A stretch of 64,000 nt of DNA, taken from contig NW_025964013.1 in assembly GCF_023055435.1 (NCBI RefSeq), forward strand, positions 5,394,001-5,458,000, written 5' to 3'. The notes under the pieces are model-generated. The model did no database searches and was not told the DNA's origin. It saw only the letters and a list, made by a program, of their open reading frames with translations. The translations under genes and the position numbers were made by a program. The DNA is from Haliotis rufescens (taxonomy: Eukaryota). Shown here one piece after another: positions 52,122 through 63,314 of the stretch (position 1 is its first letter; each line of letters opens with the position of its first letter).

Positions 52122-53288
52122 TACCTCTATAAGCTACCTGTAGATGTAACAACATCTCTGTTAATTAACTGTATCTGTTACAACATCTCTATAAACTATC
52201 TGTAGATGTAACAACATCTCTGTTAACTAACTGTATATGTTACACAATCTCTAAAGACTACCTGTATATGTTACAACATCTCTATAAACTACCTGTAGAT
52301 GTAACAACATCTTTGTTAACTAACTGTATATGTTACAACATCTCTATAAACTACCTGTAGATATAACAACATCTTTGTTAACTAACTGTATATGTTACAA
52401 CATCTCTATAAACTACCTGTAGATGTAACAACATCTTTGTTAACTAACTGTATATGTTACAACATCTCTATAAACTACCTGTAGATGTAACAACATCTTT
52501 GTTAACTAATTGCATTATGTTACAAAATCGCTATTAACTACCTGTATATGTAACAACATCTCTATAAACTACAAGTGTATGTACAATCTCTATAAACTAC
52601 GTGTATGTGTTACAACATCTCTATAACCTCCCTGTATATGTTAAAACATCTCTATAACCTCCCTGTATATGTTACAACATCACTATAACCTCCTTGTATA
52701 TGTTACAACATATCTATAACCTCTCTGTATATGTTAAAACATCTCTTTAACCTCCCTATATATGTTACAACATCTCTATAACCTCCCTGTATATGTTACA
52801 ACATCTCTATAACCTCTCTGTATATGTTAAAACATCTCTTTAACCTCCCTATATATGTTACAACATCTCTATAACCTCCCTGTATATGTTACAACATCTC
52901 TATAACCTCCCTGTATATGTTACAACATCTCTATAACCTCCCTGTATATGTTACAACATCTCTATAACCTCCCTGTATATGTTACAACATCTCTATAACC
53001 TCCCTATATATGTTACAACATCTCTATAACCTCCCTGTATATGTTACAACATCTCTATAACCTCCTTGTATATGTTACAACATCTCTATAACCTCCCTGT
53101 ATATGTTAAAACATCTCTTTAACCTCCCTATATATGTTACAACATCTCTATAACCTCCCTGTATATGTTACAACATCTCTTTAACCTCCTTGTATATGTT
53201 ACAACATCTCTATAACCTCCCTGTATATGTTAAAACATCTCTTTAACCTCCCTATATATGTTACAACATCTCTATAAACTACCTGCAG
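52122..53288. repeat. 31-bp minisatellite (62-bp dimer on the left, monomer on the right)
   Basis: Unit TGTATATGTTACAACATCTCTATAACCTCCC. A 62-bp period is seen at 52321/52383/52445. Confidence 0.95.
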
Positions 53289-53647
53289 GTGTTACATAGT
53301 TATAACCACACTATGTATTGCGTTGACATATGCCGATTTATGGACATGTTTATTTTTGAAATGATGTTTTCAATGTGGTTTGTGTGGGGTCATCTTTAGC
53401 CGAGCTGATCATTACTCACGTATGTTTATTGCCGTTTCTCATAATCTGTTCTACGGTGACCTTGCCCTTCTTTTCAAGGCGTTGCCAGCAATGTCCAAGC
53501 GTTCGAGAAACATTAACGTCATAGATGATGAAACCGATTTTCCTTTATGAACCGCCAGACAGTCCTATGACAGTAAATAAGAGCGACCAAACCATACAAT
53601 CCACACCAAAATAGGAACTTTTCCGACTATTTGATAAGAATGAGTTT

Positions 53648-53715
53648 ACAGACCGCCGTCATATAGCTAAAATATTGCTGAGCGCGGCGTTAAAAAACCA
53701 ACCAACCAACAACCA
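53648..53715 (+). mobile_element. Family B 3' tail fragment
   Basis: TTACAGACCGCCGTCATATAGCT..AATATTGCTGAG.GCGGCGTTAAA followed by (AACC)n. Confidence 0.75.
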
Positions 53716-54211
53716 ACTAAGTGGAGGATGTATCATCACCCCGTTTAATTAAATTACAGTTACAGAATTCAAACCGTCAACGTCAGATACAATCCGACTC
53801 GGATATCCTATTTTTAACTCTCTGCCTGCAATGTCTATTGATGTTTAGAATAATCTGTCACATGTCATTACGTGGTTATATTGATTTCCCATTTCGAAAA
53901 TGACAAGGACAGACAGACTCTTGCTCAAAATATTTTTTGGTCGGGGTTATAGCGTACAATGCCCCAATATAGCTTTCAAAAGGATACGCTCAAATATATT
54001 CGAAAACATGTTGTCATCACTGTTTGATAGTGATTCATAAACACATGTTCATGATATAGTCGGAATCGTACCATCGACTTTGCCTTTGACTGAGATTTCT
54101 ATGAATATGGACAAGGGGCTTTGTCACTTATATTTACGTACAGAGTTGTTGTTTTCAGTATCACACAGTGCTGACGGCGTCGCCACTGTAGACTCGAATA
54201 CGTGGCTTCAA

Positions 54212-55230
54212 ACCAACATGTTTCTTGTAAGTTCCTCAGTCCGCACACTTTACCAACATGTTTCTTGTAAGTTCCTCAGTCCGCCCACTTTACCAACATG
54301 TTTCTTGTAAGTTCCTCAGTCCGCCCACTTTACCAACATGTTTCTTGTAAGTTCCTCAGTCCGCCCACTGTACCAACATGTTTCTTGTAAGTTCCTCAAT
54401 CCGCCCACTTTACCAACATGTTTCTTGTAAGCTACTCAGCCCACTCACTTTACCTTGTAAGTTCCTCAGTCCGCACACTTTACCAACATGTTTCTTGTAA
54501 GTTCCTCAGTCCGCCCACTTTACCAACATGTTTCTTGTAAGTTCCTCAGTCCGCCCACTTTACCAACATGTTTCTTGTAAGTTCCTCAGTCCGCCCACTG
54601 TACCAACATGTTTCTTGTAAGTTCCTCAATCCGCCCACTTTACCAACATGTTTCTTGCAAGCTACTCAGCCCACTCACTTTACCAACATGTTTCTTGTAA
54701 GCTACTCAGTCCACTCACTTTGCCAACATGTTCCTTGTACATTCCCCAGCACACTCACTTTACCAACACGTTTCTTGTACATTCCCCAGTCCACTCACTT
54801 TACCAACATGTTTCTTGTACATTCCCCAGTCCACCCACTTTACCAACATGTACCTCGTACATTCCCCAGCCCACTCACTTTACTAACATGTTCCTTGTAC
54901 ATTCACCAGCCCACTCACTTTACCAACATGTTCCTTGTACATTCCCCAGTCCACTCACTTTGCCAACATGTTCCTTGTACATTCCACAGTCCACTAACTT
55001 TACCAACATGTTCCTTGTGCATTCCCCAGTCCACCCACTTTACCAACATGTATCTGAAACAGGCCCCAGCCCACTCACTTTGCCAACATGTTCCTTGTAC
55101 ATTCCCAAGCCCACTCACTTTACCAACACGTTTCTTGTAAGTTCCTTAGTCCACTCACTTTGCCAACATGTTTCTTGTACATCCTCAAGTCCACTCACTT
55201 TGCCAACATGTTACCACTTCACTTTACCAA
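54212..55230. repeat. 40-bp minisatellite, about 25 copies, upstream of gene 6
   Basis: Unit ACCAACATGTTTCTTGTAAGTTCCTCAGTCCGCCCACTTT grades into ACCAACATGTTCCTTGTACATTCCCCAGTCCACTCACTTT. Confidence 0.95.
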
Positions 55231-55522
55231 CGGCATCTAATTGAAGTCTCTCTTTTTGGAAGTTAACGTGATTGTGCCTCTGTGTGACATGCAATACCTA
55301 TCATGATCGAGGTAACTATCGTCAGCTATTGTTTTAATCCAACGCACTGGTGAGCTTTGTTGTACTGAAATATTGTTATTAAATCAGTGATGTATCTTTT
55401 TGGCGTGCTTTGGATATTGAAACGTGTTGTCGTCGCTATATGACTGAATTTAACTCACTCGCTCACTTAAATGTTTGTTCCTCTACGTGTTCTCTTTTGT
55501 TACTTAGTGAGCCTCAGTTACA

Positions 55523-56567
55523 ATGAAGTGGTCGGGCACCTCCCTGATTCTTCTCAACGTCTTGACCCTGCTGGTGTTTGTGGTGACAGTCATACTCACC
55601 TTCTTTGCCGAGCTTGGAGGATCAGGTAATTGCACTCATTCCACCCATTGTACCATCTCTTGGTACTTGTAAGAAATTATTATACCGTATACTCAAGGAT
55701 CCCATGCATGCTGTACATTTTTGTGTAAAAAATTGAATTCTTTGATATCAAATTTCAGACATTTTCCTGGATACAACAAACAATGTGTCCAACCTTAATA
55801 ACAACGTGTTCAGGAAAGCCCGATGGTCTATCTACGTCTTTGCCTTCATATTTGCTCTTCAAATTCTCTGGCTCATCTTTTCGCTGACCCTGATCTGTAG
55901 GAAGGGCCCCGAGGGGCCTCTCTACCTCCACCCCGTCCTCTTCACCCCCGCCTTCTTCTGGGTGCACATCCTGGGTGATCTACTCTACATCGGCTGGCTG
56001 TTTCTCCTCGATAGACAGGCTCTGGAACTAGCCTTCGTCTTCCTCCTAGGTTCGGAGCTCTGTTACTACGCGTGTCTCGTCCTCAGCTACAGAACCAGGT
56101 TCGAACACAAGCTCGAGCTACAGAAGCAGGGACGGCATGTTGACAACGTGCTGTTCATACTATTTGTTGAGAATGCCATTGGTGCCTTTGCGATCTGGAT
56201 TCTTGGTAATGCACTGTTCACCCTAGCTATGGTGATGACCTCCCTGTCCAGTACGCCACTGGGCCCAGTTGCAGGCGGATGTGTATCATTAGGGTTTCTT
56301 ATTGTCCTATTGACAACGCTTGACATTGTTGACATTTTTGTGGTCAGGAAGTTTAGTGAGTACACCTTTAGTACTTACATTGCAAAATTAATTATTATTG
56401 TTTCAGTAGTGGATGCAAACATTGGACGGACAAACCTAAACACAATCTTAACGTTAATTCCCCTTGGGATGGAGATCAGCTTTTTTCTTGTTAAGATTAT
56501 CATTGTAGCTATGGACAAAATTAAACATTCTGTAGTGCCCAACACTGAGACTGAACTGTTAATGTAG
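55523..56567 (+). CDS. Paralogue 6: divergent 8-TM membrane protein, 303 aa
   Basis: Exons 55523-55625 (MKWSGTSLILLNVLTLLVFVVTVILTFFAELGGS, G|GTAATT) and 55759-56567 (TTTCAG|); 133-bp phase-1 intron. Retains ICRKGPEGPLYLHPVL and LLDRQALELAF, shared with paralogue 4. Upstream acceptor at 55507; AATAAA near 56867. Confidence 0.88.
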
Positions 56568-57206
56568 AGCCATATTGCCTGTAGGTTTGATGTTGTGATT
56601 TTTATTGTGTAATCAATAGTATAATGCAAGCTTTAGTTTTCAAAAAGCTTCTTGGGTAATTTGTGCAACTGCACAGATTGGTGGACTGACTGATTTTTCA
56701 CTCAATCCCTGAAGCACGTCCAAGTGTTGTATTTCTTTGGCCAAAACATTGGTACATTTTCCTTTTTTACAGATTTGCTTGAATATAAAAACAACGTAAC
56801 ACTTATTTACAGTCCACGGTTCGTTATGTTTTCACATTCTACCTCGCTCATGCATTGTTTACAACTAATAAATACTGGCAGTATTACCAGAGCTATCATT
56901 ATCGTTATTCCACCCACACATCGAAAAAAGACTCAAATGACAGGTAGTTGTCATTAGGTGAAATTCAGCCATATAAGTTTAGATTGAGAATTGTTTTATC
57001 CTTTTTGACAAATTATTCTTGACTTGAAACGCTGTAAACACTGCATCCCATACACGGAATATAACACGGTTCAGTTGTTTATGTGTTACGGATCACTTGC
57101 TGTCAAAACAGTACATACATGTAGTTTAGATTTTGTGACAAATAGATGTGTCTATCCCAACTTACCGATTGGTAATAATACTGAATCAACCGACACAATT
57201 TAACTA

Positions 57207-57343
57207 GAGTGAGTGAGCTTTCAGTATTACTTCAACAATATCAGGGTGGGGGACACCAGAAAAGGGCATCACACATTGTACCTATGTAGGGGATCGAACC
57301 CGGGTCTTCGGCGTGACGAGCGGACGCTTTAACTACTGGGCTA
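57207..57343 (-). mobile_element. Family A SINE
   Basis: GGGGACACCAGAAA.GGGC.TCACACATTGTACC...ATCGAACCCGGGTCTTCGGCGTGACGAGCG. Confidence 0.85.
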
Positions 57344-57679
57344 CTTGAATTTAACAAAAACAGAATTACACTACACGTTCTTGAAATAAGACTGATCAAG
57401 CGAAAAAGTATTTTGTTCGTCAATGACCGCAAGAAAATGAACACAACTTTACTTTACTTTTCTAAGCAAACTACAAACAAAACCTCAATTATCCACAAAA
57501 TGTGTCCGGAAAAAATACGTTTTCTCTGCAATTAAAATCTCGAAAAACAGACATATCTTCCACCCGTTTCTGATTCTACTGTTGATTTATTAAGAATATG
57601 AAGAACAGAGAGTTCAGCCTCCAACCCTGACTCCAAAAGAAGTACAGAATATATATCTGTGATTGACTCGCACTGCGGC

Positions 57680-57885
57680 TGACCGCCTCCGTGGTCTATT
57701 GGTAGAGCGTCCGCCTGGAGAGCGGAAGGTCCGGGGTTCGATCCCCGCTCGCAACAAACCAAAAGACGTTGAAAGAATGTACTTGTTGTATATGGCGTCG
57801 TTTCCCTGTCACACGTGCATGCAAGTCGCTATATAAGTGCAATAATCTTTGGCGTAACGTTAAAGCCCATTTCAACTCTCCTCAC
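57680..57885 (+). mobile_element. Family C SINE, internally deleted
   Basis: Head GACCGCCTCCGTGGTCTATTGGTAGAGCG joined to tail GTCGCTATATAAGTGCAATAATCTT. Confidence 0.8.
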
Positions 57886-58133
57886 ATTACTGGGGTGGAG
57901 TGGCCGAGCGGTCTAAAGCGCGAGACAAGCAGGTCTTCACGGTACCGTCAATACCCCGAGTGTACGTTACATTCACTATGTGCACTCCAAACAAAACTAC
58001 TCATCTGTTGGTTAAAACACGAATAGGAACATACACCCGTAGCACAAGTGTCAAAACGGTGTCATTTTACTATGGGCAGGTTACTTAGTTAAACGTACCC
58101 CTGTTTACCTAACAGGGACGGGTACCCGATATA

Positions 58134-58407
58134 TGTTTGTTTGTTTATTTGTCGTTTAAAGCCGCACTCAGCAATATTCCAGCTTTATGACGGAGGTTTA
58201 TGAATAATCGTGTCTGGACCAGTCAATCATGAGAATCATGAGCATTATGAGCATCGATCCACGCAATTGGGATACGATGACATGCATCAATAAAGTCAGT
58301 GAGCCTGACCCCCCGGTCACGTTAGTCGCCTCTTACGAGAAGCTTAGTCACCTTTTACGGCAAGCATGGGTTGCTGACGACCTATTCTACCCCGGATCTT
58401 CACGGCT
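58134..58407 (-). mobile_element. Family B retroposon
   Basis: Reverse complement of family B, including the 5' CCGTGAAGATCCGGGGTAGAATAGG and the duplicated 22-nt hairpin. Confidence 0.88.
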
Positions 58408-59395
58408 ACCCCGATATATGAGACTATATACACCCGAGGGAGTTGAGAATGACGACCGGAATGAATACGGATCCACTGATCGAGGAACACATATAACATC
58501 AACGCCTTTGGGCAGATATGTTTGGATAAGTACGGTATATAAATGAATGATATAATAATTAATTATACATATTTTCACATTTCCACTCTGCATCAAGTAA
58601 GAACAACAGTTTATTCTTCTCAACTGAATCAAAAGCCTTGCAAAAAATGAATGAATTCCGCGTAGAAATGATGCTTAGTTTTCAAATCAAAGACATTTAC
58701 AACTGAGCTAACGACTGTATATACAAGCGACAAAACCCTTTCCATTACCATTTGACGTACCTAAATCTAAGCACTGTTACCATTGTGCGATTCTGACCAT
58801 AGCATAGGCAATACAAAATCATTGTTTATAATTACTATAAAATAAGACAAATTGTCATGTCTGACACCAGTTTGTGACACTGTTATGACTTATCAGTAAC
58901 TTCTACCGTACCCACTATCCAATATGTTTGGCCGGGATTCTTGTTTAACACAGGCTAGTGTATCGGCCCCTGCTTCAAAACACGCACTTTGTGTCCCAAG
59001 AGTCCCACTATTTGAGTTTACTTCACCAGACATTATTTCAGAACATCCAACCACAAGTTACTTTTAGGGCTAAAACCTGGGGATAAATTAGTTTTTTAAA
59101 TCCTTGGCAGCCCATCCCACTCCCTCCAAATAGCAAATGCTCGATCCCAAACCAAGCGCGAAGATATATGAGAGTAGTACAAGTAAAACGTTTACCTGCT
59201 ACATCTAATAGCGAAATAAGCTTGTTATCCCAATGTCCCTTTCTCAAATAAAAGCAATATCATCCCTATACTACAAGAGAATACCAACTTATGTATTGAA
59301 TTTAACAATAAATATATATACTTTGGAAATATATGTAAGACCGAATAACCACACATGACTGAAAAGCTGAGGCATTCACGTTTACATTCTCAATA

Positions 59396-59671
59396 CTTTG
59401 TTTATTTCTTTGTTTCTTTGTTCGTTGTTTGTATGTAGCTGTATTGCAGCTATATGACGGCGGTCTGTAAATAATCGAGTCTGGACAAGACAATCCAGTG
59501 ATTGATATCATGAGCATCGATCCACGCAATTGTGATACGATGACATGCATCAACCAAGTCAGCGAGCCTGACCACCAGATCCCGTTAGTCGTCTCTTACG
59601 ACAAGCATAGTCACCTTTAACGGCAAGCATGGGTTGCTGAAGATCTATTCTACCCCGGATCTTCACGGGTC
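59396..59671 (-). mobile_element. Family B retroposon, full 5' end
   Basis: 5' end GACCCGTGAAGATCCGGGG at 59671. TSD TTCTCAATA (59387-59395) and TTCTCACTA (59672-59680). Confidence 0.88.
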
Positions 59672-59967
59672 TTCTCACTAGTAAGAAACCTATGAATAAT
59701 TAACTGCTTCGTCAAAAAACCGTTCATGATATAGCTAAACATTCCTTCATCGGGCCATGCATATCCGTCAGTGCCGCTGGTATTGAATCCGATACATGAA
59801 TTTTAAACATTGCATAAGCTTTGATGTATGGGAACTGACAAGACATATGTAATATATTTAAAAAAACATTCTCGTCTGTATGTGCATACGTATGCGGGGG
59901 CAGGTGCGGGTGCGTGTGCGCGTGCGTACTTGTGTGTGCGTGTGTGTGTATATCATAAACATAAAAC

Positions 59968-60128
59968 GGCTCGCTGAATTGGTTGATGCATGTCATCGTA
60001 TCCCACTTAAGTAGATCAATGCTCATGATGTCAGTCATTTTGAATTGTTTGGTCCAGACTCGATTATTAACAGACCGCCGTCATATAGCTGCAATACAGC
60101 AGAGTGCGGCGTTACATAAACAAACAAA
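59968..60128 (+). mobile_element. Family B retroposon, 5'-truncated
   Basis: GGCTCGCTGA.TTGGTTGATGCATGTCATCG...GAGTGCGGCGTTA. Confidence 0.8.
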
Positions 60129-60515
60129 ACTGTTTACAGTCTGTTCGGATGTGTTCTTGTCAGACTTTGGTCTGAATAAGTAAAGGACACACAACTGAAT
60201 ACTGAATCTTTATTCACTGAAACAATCGTAGATACGTAGGTCAGATACACATGTTCACCCTGAATACATAAACGAAACACAATAAAAACAATCACACATA
60301 GAATATATCAGTGACAGTGTTGAAATACAAACGTGACAGTCATTCATCAATGTCTGAAGAATAACCCATCTAACTCGAATATCAAGGAAATTGCAACAGA
60401 CTAATTTGAACAACTTTATAGATGACAACTTATTAATTCTATTACAATCAATCAATCCTTGTTTCTAAATACAGAGAAGGCCATAGGCCTATATTACATG
60501 CATACAAAGTAGTTT

Positions 60516-60815
60516 AGGTGAGGTGAAATGGGGTTTAACGTCGCGTCCAAGATAATGGCAAATTATGTAGCGACGTGCATGCACGTGCGTGTGTGGCTGC
60601 TTGTGCTAGTCCGGAATGTTTATAATGAAGCCAACTGAGATACCATGCCGCTGTTTAACATGAATTCCCCACTCAGACACAGAATACTGACTCCGAGCCG
60701 ACCATTGTTTTAGCCCATCAATGTCGAGCACCAGGCAGGGCAACAACAAGTACAATTACTGTCTTTTGGTATGACGCGGCCGGCGATCTGTGCGGACTAG
60801 ACCTTGGAGACGGTC
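60516..60815 (-). mobile_element. Family C SINE
   Basis: (AGGTG)n tail, CACTCAGACACAG and GGTATGACGCGGCCGG. Confidence 0.8.
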
Positions 60816-61028
60816 ACAAAGTAGTTGAAGGTACATTTATTTATACAATATACAACAATAGCCATGGTAACTGATAAATAACATCAAGTCGTTGAATAAG
60901 TGCATGCTTTCTAAGATTCATGGCATTGAAGATGAACACTGACAAATGTTTAATTGTAGTAGTATTTGTAGTCTTCATTGGTAAATAAAATGTATACAAT
61001 TGAGGACCTTGAAAAAATAATCATAAAT

Positions 61029-61287
61029 GTTTTGTTTGTTTGTTGTTTAACGCCGCACTCAGCAATATTCCAGCTATATGACGGCGGTCTGTAAATAATT
61101 GAACAGACAATCCAGTGATTGACATAATGAGCATCGATCCACGAAATTGGGATCAATGACATGCATCAATCAAGTCAGCTAGCCTGACCACCCGATTCCG
61201 TTAGTCACCTCTTACGGCAAGCATAGTCGCCTGTCACGGCAAGCATGGGTTGCTGAAGACCTATTCCACCCCGGATCTCCACGGTTC
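61029..61287 (-). mobile_element. Family B retroposon
   Basis: (TTTG)n tail through to the 5' end AACCGTGGAGATCCGGGG. Confidence 0.88.
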
Positions 61288-61898
61288 TTTTGTTATGATT
61301 CAGGAATTATTTGGTTTTGCAACTAGAGAAATACCTACTCATGTTTTATTAAAAGTGTTGAAATACGAATAAATACATTCATAAATTTGGCTCTATATTT
61401 AGTGACATAATTACTATGAAAATTAAAATAAAAAATAATATTATGACCTAATAAAATAACACGTATTGTATGATCGTCATCTATTTGGAAGAGCTTTTCG
61501 TAAAATCCTAAATATACCCTTATGTTTTCGTTTCGCTGCTGTAACAAACATTGTTATGAATACCGTTTCAAAACACAGAAAGACGGGGGATAGACGAGAA
61601 ATAAGACTAATAAATAATACTTCGAGAAAGCAGTTGTTTTATGTTCACTGGACATTCATTATATTCATAATTATTTTGAAAATGTGTGAATTTTACGTTT
61701 GCTATTTATGGGATATTTTACGCAAATTTAAAATGTCTCATCGTGTGTATTTGCTTGTTTAATGAATACTTGTAATTTTTCTCTCTTAAATTCAGATATT
61801 AAAACCGCTCATCCCCGTCCCACTTGATTTTAGACTTAAACATGTATGATTTTACACTTCAACTTGTATTTGTAGTTTAATTAATGATAAACTAAAGA

Positions 61899-62222
61899 GG
61901 TGAGGTGAGGTGAGGTGAAATTGGGTTATGTGTGTGTGTGTGTGTGTGTGTGTGGCTGCTTGTACTAGTCCGGACTGATGCCGATTTATAGTGCTAGCTC
62001 ACTGAGATACCATGCCGCAGTTTAACATGAATACCCCACTCAGACACAGTATACTGACTCCGAGCCGACCAGTCCTTGTTTTAGCCCCTTAATGCCGAGC
62101 GCCAGACAGGGTAACAACAAGTACATTTTTTTAACGTCTTTTTGTATGACGCGGCCCGGGATCGAACCCCGGACCTTCCGCTCTCCGGGCGGACGCTCTA
62201 CCACAAGACCACGGAGGCGGTC
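61899..62222 (-). mobile_element. Family C SINE with internal (CA)n
   Basis: 13-bp TSD GATAAACTAAAGA at 61886-61898 and 62223-62235. Near-identical to 9953-10225. Confidence 0.92.
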
Positions 62223-62601
62223 GATAAACTAAAGACAACATAACTGACACGAATGTAAACAAAAAGAAACACAGGGGGATTCTACAACATTAATACACTG
62301 GGCAAGGTAGATTCTACGCTACTGGCTTATACAAAAGGAAACCACTACCACCTAGAGTATATATTACGATTAGCTGCCTTTGAGTTATCCAAAAGGTCAA
62401 TGACGTTACTAATCGCTTGCAAGCGAAAAGGTATGTTGTTCCACACTTCTTTCAGCATTGGGTCGGGTAGGGTCGGAATAGTACTTTTGGCTATCGAATC
62501 GATAGTTATGTGGTTCACTATCGATATTAACTATATGTATGACGTTAAATCTGTGGTGCATTCTTCGTGTTGTTGAAGTGTCGATTCGAGTCATAAAGTT
62601 A

Positions 62602-62747
62602 GTGTGAGTGAGTGCGTTAGATTTTACGCCGCTTTTAGCAATATTCCAACAATATCACACCAGACACCAGAAATGGGCTTCACATAATGTACCCATATCG
62701 GGAATCGAACCCGGGTCTTCGGCGTGACGAGCGAACGCTTTAACCAC
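62602..62747 (-). mobile_element. Family A SINE
   Basis: TTTTACGCCGCTTTTAGCAATATTCC...GAATCGAACCCGGGTCTTCGGCGTGACGAGCGAACGCTTTAACCAC. Confidence 0.85.
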
Positions 62748-63314
62748 ATAAAGTTAACAAAATAAAGAGGCAATGTGTGAACGTAAAGCAGATTATTTGT
62801 GTGAACGATCTAAGCTATTTAGGGTCCGTACCAAGTTTCGATTGTAGCTTACAATGATCTTAACCAACATTCGCTTTGTGCAAGTGGATGGCGATTGTAG
62901 CCGAAGCCTAAGATCGCGATCTTAAGAATTTACAATAATTGTAGCGCTAAGATTGTTCTGTGCAAGTGGACGCTGGGCTTTTTAGCTATGCTTGGTGTTT
63001 TGTGCAGTGGGTTTTTACAGAGTATGGCAGCTCTGTGAGCTCGCTGATATTGTTTATGTTGTTTGTGAGTTATGGGTGTGGTTGTGGCTGATGGGGCAGT
63101 TGTAAGCTTTTGTATTTCGTTGGCAAGAAAAGCTGCACTGAGCTGATGATGTGGTGTGGGTACAGGGTCGTTGGCAGGGGAGGGGTTGAAGGAAGTGGGC
63201 CTGGGAGGGATGACCTTTATTGGTTCGGGGCTTGGATATGTTGCTTGTGATGCATGGGTTTGGGAAGTAGGGGTGGTTGTGGTGTGTAGTGATTGTAGTT
63301 TTAAATACAATGTA

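Noticed and set aside
1885-55230. CRISPR-like arrays
   Set aside because: All arrays are head-to-tail repeats without unique spacers. There are no cas genes and the context is eukaryotic.
2962-56567. Opsin/rhodopsin or GPCR identity suggested by the last-helix Lys
   Set aside because: Eight helices, no DRY/NPxxY or DxxxK motifs, and TspO-like signatures explain the conserved residues better.
9953-62222. Genuine tRNA genes
   Set aside because: The tRNA-like segments are heads of multi-copy SINEs with bodies, tails and TSDs, and their acceptor stems are not intact. The fragment at 57892-57930 is only a partial head.
62930-63310. 126-aa Pro/Thr-rich minus ORF
   Set aside because: Compositionally like a LINE fragment cut by the Tc1. 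There is no diagnostic motif and no gene structure.
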